Of a DNA stretch of 64,000 nt, positions 57,818-64,000 are shown piece after piece. Under the pieces are notes generated by a model, which saw nothing but the letters and a program-made list of their open reading frames with translations, made no database searches and had not been told where the DNA came from. The translations under genes were made by a program, and so were the position numbers. Origin of the DNA: Candidatus Micrarchaeota archaeon (lineage in GTDB: Archaea; Micrarchaeota; Micrarchaeia; Norongarragalinales; Norongarragalinaceae); contig JACRGH010000044.1 in the NCBI GenBank assembly GCA_016212375.1, positions 1,428 to 65,427 of the forward strand, written 5' to 3'. The number at the start of each line of letters is the position of its first letter. The stretch's first letter is position 1.

Positions 57818-58159
57818 ATGTTACCGAACATGAATCCGAAACAAATGGCTCAAATCATGAAACAAATGGGCATCAAGAACGAACCCGTGGACGCCTTGAA
57901 AGTCGTGGTCTACAAGGCCGACGGCTCTCAGATGGTGGTCGAGCCGGCGCAGGTCATCCTGGTGGAAATGCAGGGACAAAAGAGCTTACAGGTGTCCGGC
58001 ACGTTTATCGAATCCAGCGGAAACCCCGACGACGCCACCCCAACAGACCTAGACCTCATCATGGATGAGACGGGTTGCTCAAAAGTAGAGGCGCAAAGTG
58101 CGCTTGACGAATCAAAGGGCGATTTGGCGGAAGCGATTTTGAAGTTGAAGAAGGAGTAA
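57818..58159 (+). CDS. nac: Nascent polypeptide-associated complex protein
   Basis: MNPKQM..IMKQMGI, MQGQKSLQVSG, C-terminal UBA-like GDLAEAI. Confidence 0.93.
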   Translation: MLPNMNPKQMAQIMKQMGIKNEPVDALKVVVYKADGSQMVVEPAQVILVEMQGQKSLQVSGTFIESSGNPDDATPTDLDLIMDETGCSKVEAQSALDESKGDLAEAILKLKKE

Positions 58160-58270
58160 ACATAAGCAGACCAAACAATTGATTCGAACCCGACTTGAAA
58201 AAAACGATCGGATTGCGTCATGCAGGTCCAACGACAAGAATACTAGCGCGGCTAGAATTCACGACGCTTT

Positions 58271-59566
58271 TTATTTTCCAAGAACCACGAAAACACGGAT
58301 GCGCAGGTCATCGGGCGGATATTTATGAATATCAAGGAATTTTTCCCGGTGTTTTTTCAGAAGCGCAGTCAATTCTTGGGCGGAAAGATGGGCATTTCTC
58401 TTCAATAGGTGCTCGATTCTGTCGTGGCCAAAAAAGTCGCCGTCTTTATTTCGGGCATCGGAAAGGCCATCGGTATAACCCACAAGTTTGTCGCCTACAT
58501 TCAAGTCGAGTTCATGCACTAGCTTAAAATTGGAGGGGGCATTGCCTTGCTTATCGTTCATCTGACCGACGCCGCCAAACCATCGGCCCAAAGCGATTGG
58601 ACCATCTTCACCGTTCGTATGACCGTGGCGCTCTAAACGATATGTGCCATCGTCTTGTTTGCGTAGAACGTAGATGGGCTCCGAACCCATGTGAACATAC
58701 CGAAAATTGACCTTTTTTTCCTCGGGACGAAGCTGGAAATAACCAGTTAACCCCTGGGCATATACTTCTGGGAAGTGTTGGTTGTGGGTTCGCTCAGCGC
58801 TGTTGCAGATAGCACGCAAAACATTATCTAAATATTGTGTGGAAACGGCATGGTTCAATCGCATGACTTTGCTGATATTCTTGCGCAACGTACGAAGTGC
58901 GGAACGAGCGGCGGAAACGTGGCCACGAAGGAAACCTTGGAACATCCCTCGAGGTTCATTGGCGGATGCGCCTTTACCGGAAAAGTCAAGCAAGGTGAAA
59001 AAAATATTCCGCTTGTCCAGAGGAATTAAATCCGAAGAATCTCCGCCGGTGCTGGGCACCTCCGGGCCCCCTCCTTTCTCAAGACCGTATTGTACCTGGA
59101 TAGAGCCGCTGGCCATTTTGGGTTTTTCCTGGTCATTCCAACGGGCAAGATCCCACGCGACCATTTGGGGGAGACCTTTGATAAAGGGCTTACGAAAACG
59201 AGGCGAAACACCTCCCAAGGAAGCGACTTCGTCGACTGATAAATTTTGCAACACATTCATATGACTATTGAAATCTTCAGGACTCAATTTGCTAATCTGT
59301 GAAAGGTATGCATGCGAAAAAGAACCCAACATGTGCATTTGATGGGGCGACAAAGAAGAAATGACATCCAGATGTTGAGGCGTAAGCGAAGTTAAGCGCT
59401 TCAAGTGGTCTGGTGAAAAAGCGGAAAGAGCGGCAACATGTTCTTTTGACCAATGTCTTAAAGGAAAAAATTTTTTAATAATATCTTTTTCGACGAGACG
59501 TGCACGAAGTTTGGCCATTCGCGGGGCTCCACGCAGAGAACGAAGGTTAGAAAAATTGCCAGACAT
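58271..59566 (-). CDS. PP2C/SpoIIE-type phosphatase with N-terminal 11-aa repeats (start may be 59518)
   Basis: GGDSSD, LLDFSGKG, YTDGLSDA, FG.DR, PDD motifs. Confidence 0.8.
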   Translation of the reverse strand: MSGNFSNLRSLRGAPRMAKLRARLVEKDIIKKFFPLRHWSKEHVAALSAFSPDHLKRLTSLTPQHLDVISSLSPHQMHMLGSFSHAYLSQISKLSPEDFNSHMNVLQNLSVDEVASLGGVSPRFRKPFIKGLPQMVAWDLARWNDQEKPKMASGSIQVQYGLEKGGGPEVPSTGGDSSDLIPLDKRNIFFTLLDFSGKGASANEPRGMFQGFLRGHVSAARSALRTLRKNISKVMRLNHAVSTQYLDNVLRAICNSAERTHNQHFPEVYAQGLTGYFQLRPEEKKVNFRYVHMGSEPIYVLRKQDDGTYRLERHGHTNGEDGPIALGRWFGGVGQMNDKQGNAPSNFKLVHELDLNVGDKLVGYTDGLSDARNKDGDFFGHDRIEHLLKRNAHLSAQELTALLKKHREKFLDIHKYPPDDLRIRVFVVLGK

Positions 59567-59584
59567 AAAGGAAAACCTGATTAA

Positions 59585-60256
59585 TCATTCCCTAAACTCT
59601 TCCTCAAATACCTTTCGAATCCCCTGCGCCCGGCTCTTCGCAATGCCCTCGACCGATTCCAGGGCGTTCTCATCGGCATTGGCGATGTTTTGAAGCGTTT
59701 TGAAGTGTTGGAGCAGGCTCAACGCCGTCTTGGGACCCAATCCGGGCAGGCTTTCTGCAATCAGGCGCTGTTGGTCCTGCATGGAGTCCCCTTTTTTGGC
59801 GAATTGGATGCGGTGCATCCGGTCCGGCGCGAGTTGTTCTTTTTGGGCCAACGCCACGAGAAAGTCGGCCAATTCGGCGTCGGTGTCGAAAAAGAACAAT
59901 GGCAGTTTATAGTCCACGGCAAGCGAAATGAGAGCCCCCCGAAGCGCGTTGGGTTGGACACGCTGGAACGTGGAACCGGTCAAGGCGATAAGGGGCGATT
60001 CAAACGCCGATTTCAACTCGCCGGCTTGGACGAAAAGCCGGCCGTCCAAGATGGAGGCTTCAAAATCCGCATCGGTCTTGCGCTCCACCACCACGCGGGA
60101 CGACGCGACAAAGTCGCCCACCGGCAAGCGGACCGGCTTCAAAGCGACGTTTTTCTTGAACAAACTTTTCGCCACGGCGGACCGAAGCTCGCGGTCGTCG
60201 ATGAACAATTGGAGTTGGCCGTTTTGCGTAAGCGTTTCATCGAAATTAAGTTCCAT
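59585..60256 (-). CDS. ERCC4/XPF family nuclease with HhH domain
   Basis: IDDRE, GDF, VERKT..DF..SI.DGRL, LPGLGP, VEGI. Confidence 0.9.
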   Translation of the reverse strand: MELNFDETLTQNGQLQLFIDDRELRSAVAKSLFKKNVALKPVRLPVGDFVASSRVVVERKTDADFEASILDGRLFVQAGELKSAFESPLIALTGSTFQRVQPNALRGALISLAVDYKLPLFFFDTDAELADFLVALAQKEQLAPDRMHRIQFAKKGDSMQDQQRLIAESLPGLGPKTALSLLQHFKTLQNIANADENALESVEGIAKSRAQGIRKVFEEEFRE

Positions 60257-60314
60257 GGGGCATCAAATAAACTACAGTTGAAAAGAGTTAAAGAAATCAA
60301 GAAAAGGGGCCTTG

Positions 60315-61127
60315 CTACGTCATCGATTCTTCACGATTGTAATAATGGTGGATATCCTTTTGCAAATGGTGACTGGGTTCAAAGGGACTTGATTTCCAAT
60401 TGGGGAGTTTGGAGCGGATGGCGTCAATGACACCGTCAAGGCGACGCCGAGCGGTTGAAATCGCAGCTATTGCACCAGTCGGGTAGTCGCGGATGCTGAA
60501 CGCTTGCCGTGAACGGATATCACCGCCGGATTGCTTCCCAAGGTGATGGACCGATACGGGCGTGGACATCCGCGCATGCACGTAAGATTCGCCGCGAGTG
60601 GCCTTGGCGTCCGCGGGCGCATCCAAAAGCGTCAATACCAAGTGAACTTGCGGATTGTCGCGATTAATGCGGGCGGGGTCATCATAGTGACCGAAAATCA
60701 ATTCAATGGGACCTGGATGGTTCTTCCTTGATTTCCGTTGGGCATCAAGATGGGCCAAAACATCCTCGACCTTGGCATCGGTCTTGAAACGATTGCCATC
60801 GGCAAAATAATTGTTTTTATCTTTCATGATGGCTTTGACCAACTCACGAGCCACATCCGCTCGAAGCAGGCCGCGACGGAAAGGAATCAAAATGTGTCGC
60901 GTAAGATCGACGTTGGTAGAAAGGCCAGGAGTTCCCATCGTATTCCAACGGCCATGCACGGTTTCACCGTTGATTTGGCGTTCGTCATGGTAATTTTCGT
61001 AAGGAATGCGGTAGCGGGGATCCCGATCATTGGCTTGCTTAAGCGCCTCAAAGGCGGTTTCAAAGCGTTCAGAATGGGGTGAATTGTGAACGGCATAAAG
61101 ACTGGCTTGGCGCATCATGGGTATCAC
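60315..61127 (-). CDS. Hypothetical protein
   Basis: 270-aa ORF with GAGGTG RBS-like motif; no recognised domain. Confidence 0.6.
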   Translation of the reverse strand: MIPMMRQASLYAVHNSPHSERFETAFEALKQANDRDPRYRIPYENYHDERQINGETVHGRWNTMGTPGLSTNVDLTRHILIPFRRGLLRADVARELVKAIMKDKNNYFADGNRFKTDAKVEDVLAHLDAQRKSRKNHPGPIELIFGHYDDPARINRDNPQVHLVLTLLDAPADAKATRGESYVHARMSTPVSVHHLGKQSGGDIRSRQAFSIRDYPTGAIAAISTARRRLDGVIDAIRSKLPNWKSSPFEPSHHLQKDIHHYYNREESMT

Positions 61128-61185
61128 CTCTTTGAAACAGGGGGCGATTGGTTAAAACGATTTCGTAACGAGATGGGAAACCCCG

Positions 61186-61563
61186 TTAGAAAAGATGTTT
61201 CTTTAAGCCGTCGATGCGTTCAAAGTCCGAATCCACCGCTACGACTTCCGCATCGTTTTTCATGGCGGTCGCCGCGACAAGGGAATCAAGCGTGGGAACC
61301 ATTTTGCCTTTCTTGCGGCATTCAAATTGGATTTTCTTGGCCAACTGCCCTTCGGATAAATCAACGGGAAGCACGGTCACCTTGGATAAGAATAATTCGG
61401 CACGCTCAATCCAAGTCAGATGGGAATTGTTCAGGGACTCGCAGTAACACACGACGCTGGTTAAGACATCCGAATCTTGGATTAACTGGGCGATTCTCAG
61501 GCCTTCGGGAGTTCCACGCAATATATGGAGGATGGCGCTGGTGTCAAGCAAGTAGCGGCTCAT
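61186..61563 (-). CDS. vapC: VapC-type PIN domain toxin
   Basis: LLDTSAIL, DSLVAATA, VDSDF. Confidence 0.88.
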   Translation of the reverse strand: MSRYLLDTSAILHILRGTPEGLRIAQLIQDSDVLTSVVCYCESLNNSHLTWIERAELFLSKVTVLPVDLSEGQLAKKIQFECRKKGKMVPTLDSLVAATAMKNDAEVVAVDSDFERIDGLKKHLF

Positions 61564-61757
61564 AGATACCTGCGTCTCTCTTTTTTCATTTCCGCCATGG
61601 CTTTGTCGATATCCATGTCCTTGCAACAGCCGACGAATTGGTCCCAATCGATATGGGGTTTGGCATTTTCCTTGACCCAGTCACTGAAGCTTTGACCCTC
61701 TTTCTTTGCCGCTTTTAGCCGGGCATACGCCTCGTCCGTCAGGTAAACGTTTGCCAT
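61560..61757 (-). CDS. vapB: Archaeal VapB-type antitoxin
   Basis: VYLTDEAYARLKAAKKEGQSFSD; overlaps the toxin start. Confidence 0.85.
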   Translation of the reverse strand: MANVYLTDEAYARLKAAKKEGQSFSDWVKENAKPHIDWDQFVGCCKDMDIDKAMAEMKKERRRYL

Positions 61758-61759
61758 GT

Positions 61760-61775
61760 CTATACTATAGTATAG
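61760..61775. promoter_or_regulatory. Palindromic operator upstream of the antitoxin
   Basis: Perfect 16-bp palindrome CTATACTATAGTATAG immediately upstream of the antitoxin ATG. Confidence 0.6.
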
Positions 61776-61946
61776 TGTAGTATTAAAAACAGAGGTATTG
61801 GGTGCAGAGGGTGGACGTAAGGGCGGGAATGGATTTTGGAACGGAGCAATCCGTGAAACCATAAAGTATCGGATTACATCCGACGATTTGGGCTTAAAAA
61901 CAAAAGCAGGGTAGCTGGCCGGTGACCGACCATGAGACCGAGATAT

Positions 61947-63593
61947 TCAGAATTCGCCCAGCCCTTTCTGCCCGCCAACGGTTTTTTTAGTGGAGTCTGT
62001 TTCGGAAGCCGGGTTTGAAGGGGCGTTTGAACCGGAGTCCGCATCATCACCACCCGATGCCACCGCCTTGTCGGCCGCATTCTGCGCATGCCGAATCCGG
62101 CTCATGTCCCGCGACATCGAATCCAGCGTGTCGTGCATTTGCCGTTCCTTCCGGCGGGAAATCCAGAAAAACGCCTCGTCTTTGGTGTTTTTGGCCAGCA
62201 ACACGATGGCGTTTCCGGCACGGACGCGGCCGGCCCGTCCCCGCCGTTGGATGGAGCGGATTTCCGAAGGCACGGCTTCGTAGAAGATGACGGTGTCCAC
62301 CGCTTCGATGTCCAAACCTTCCTCGCCAACCGAGGTGCAGACTAAGACGTTGAACTCCTTGTCCCGGAATTGGTCCAGCAGGGCTTTTTGTTTTTTCTGG
62401 CTCATGCCGGCACGGCCGACGAGCATCCGAGCCGTCACTCCCGGCAATCGGCAAAGCTCTTCGGACAGCCGCTGGGCCGTATCGCGGAAATGGGCAAAAA
62501 CAATCAACGTCTTACCCCGGCTGACCTGTTCGTCCACAATAGCCTTGAGTCGGGCGATTTTGGGATGCACAATACCTTGGCTTAAAAGTTCATCAGATTG
62601 GATGATGAGTTTGGTGATGCGAAAATCACTAACCAATCCTGCAACGGCCTTGCTTTGCGTCTTGCGCTCTTTCAGGCCGAGGAGGAAGGCGTGAAGGGCA
62701 TCAACGCCTTGGCTTTCCAACAGGTCCAATCCGTGCGAGAGGTTCATGGCCCGAGCGTTCAGGCTGGCGGCAGCGTAACCCGCGGGATTTTTCTGGGCAA
62801 TGGCGGCGGTAATCTTGCCGCGCATGGCCAACATGGCACGATTGGTCGTCTTGTGCGGGTCCGCCGAGTCGGCAAATCCACCTTCTTTGAGTTGGCCCAA
62901 AGTTTCGGAAAGCATCTGGTTCAACAGGGTTTGGAGGACCTTGAACTCAGAAGGCAAGTCCACGAAAACGAAATCCATTTTCACAGGCGCGGAGTACTGG
63001 GAAACCGAGGGGTCCGACTCCCTTCGGAGTTCCAGATGCTTGATGCCCAAATTGTCGCAAATCAGTTGGACTTTTTCTTTCTGCGATGAAGGCGAGGCCG
63101 TAAGGCCCAAAATACGGGCGGTTGTGGCGCGGGCCATTTCGCCCAAAAAAACATACGCATATTCCCCGACGGCGCGGTGGGCTTCATCAAAGATGACCAA
63201 GCTGAAATCGGAGAGGACCAATTTACGCGCCAAGACGTCGTGCTCCACGGTCTGCGGCGTGCCGGCAATGATTTGGGCGGATTGGTACAATGCCTGGCGC
63301 TCATCCGGAGAGACGTCGCCCGTCACGGCCACTACGTTATCCGCAGGCACGTCCAGCACCTCGCGCATCCGTCCCGCTTGCTGGTCCACCAAGGGCTTCG
63401 TAGGGGCAAGGAAGAGGATTTTCTTGGTTGGCGCAACCGACAGATAGTGGGCCGCGACCAGTGCCGCGACAAAAGTCTTACCCAGCGCCGTGGGCATCAC
63501 GACCAACGTGTTGTGCATAATGACGTTTTGCGCGGCTTGCAATTGGTAGTCGCGTTTTTCCACGTGGGCTTTGAGCAAACGGAGGTCAAGCAT
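61947..63593 (-). CDS. Hef/FANCM-like SF2 helicase without fused nuclease
   Basis: PTALGKT, APTKPL, DEAH, LTASP, EEGLDI, QRRGRAGR. Confidence 0.92.
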   Translation of the reverse strand: MLDLRLLKAHVEKRDYQLQAAQNVIMHNTLVVMPTALGKTFVAALVAAHYLSVAPTKKILFLAPTKPLVDQQAGRMREVLDVPADNVVAVTGDVSPDERQALYQSAQIIAGTPQTVEHDVLARKLVLSDFSLVIFDEAHRAVGEYAYVFLGEMARATTARILGLTASPSSQKEKVQLICDNLGIKHLELRRESDPSVSQYSAPVKMDFVFVDLPSEFKVLQTLLNQMLSETLGQLKEGGFADSADPHKTTNRAMLAMRGKITAAIAQKNPAGYAAASLNARAMNLSHGLDLLESQGVDALHAFLLGLKERKTQSKAVAGLVSDFRITKLIIQSDELLSQGIVHPKIARLKAIVDEQVSRGKTLIVFAHFRDTAQRLSEELCRLPGVTARMLVGRAGMSQKKQKALLDQFRDKEFNVLVCTSVGEEGLDIEAVDTVIFYEAVPSEIRSIQRRGRAGRVRAGNAIVLLAKNTKDEAFFWISRRKERQMHDTLDSMSRDMSRIRHAQNAADKAVASGGDDADSGSNAPSNPASETDSTKKTVGGQKGLGEF

Positions 63594-63649
63594 GCGTGAA
63601 TCATTGGGCAAGTGAAAGATTATAATCCGCGTGACGGCAATTTGAAGTA

Positions 63650-64000
63650 ATGGTGCATGAAACGGTTTGGGAAGCATTTGAGCGGCATTATCCGGGACGT
63701 TTGACGGTTTCAAAACGGGCGTATGAGCGGCCGGCTGGTTCTTTGGAAGAGGCCAAGGAACGCTTCCCACCCAAGGCACCGGCACGATTCATCACCGAAA
63801 GAATCAGGACAAACCGGCCTGGAATCGGGAAAATCCAAATGCCGGAAGCCGAAGCCGTACACATACGAATCAATGACGCAGCGGGAGTGGACCGTTTGAA
63901 GGGCATTTTGGAAAACGCCCAAAAAGAGTTTAACGTCGTATTATTACCAAGGGCGAATTGGGCCAAAACGCGGGCGACCATCATCCTGAATTGCGGATTT
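63650..64000 (+). CDS. Hypothetical protein (partial, runs off window end)
   Basis: Hand-translated open frame MVHETVWEAFERHYPGRL... with no stop before 64000. Confidence 0.5.
   Translation, partial: MVHETVWEAFERHYPGRLTVSKRAYERPAGSLEEAKERFPPKAPARFITERIRTNRPGIGKIQMPEAEAVHIRINDAAGVDRLKGILENAQKEFNVVLLPRANWAKTRATIILNCGF

Overview
Archaeal chromosomal segment, most consistent with a DPANN (Micrarchaeota-like) genome. That assignment is an inference from the archaeal r-proteins L32e/L19e/L34e/L14e/L18e/L40e/S4e, RpoD/N/P, BHB-type tRNA introns, leaderless TATA promoters and many orphan genes. Contents in order: a partial SulP transporter; a type IV pilus-like locus (ATPase, TadC/ArlJ-like platform, six class III signal-peptide proteins) followed by a 1406-aa anchored surface protein; five tRNA genes carrying five BHB introns, two of them in the T-loop; the ribosomal superoperon from rpoP-L3 to rpoN; three vapBC-type pairs; and a split Hef helicase/ERCC4 nuclease. 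Two things stand out. (1) Three secreted peptidoglycan-hydrolase-like proteins occur in an organism that should not make peptidoglycan. One is a 1460-aa polyprotein (M23, degenerate M23, NlpC/P60, amidase_2, SLT) inserted between cbf5 and tRNA-Ser, which suggests attack on bacteria. (2) A family of short hairpin-rich non-coding elements sits between a displaced fragment of a gene end and an intact copy of that end (two tRNA-Thr, tRNA-Leu, nac). At nac the two copies differ almost only at synonymous sites, and a related sequence makes up most of a tRNA-Leu intron. All protein assignments come from motif recognition by eye, without database searches.
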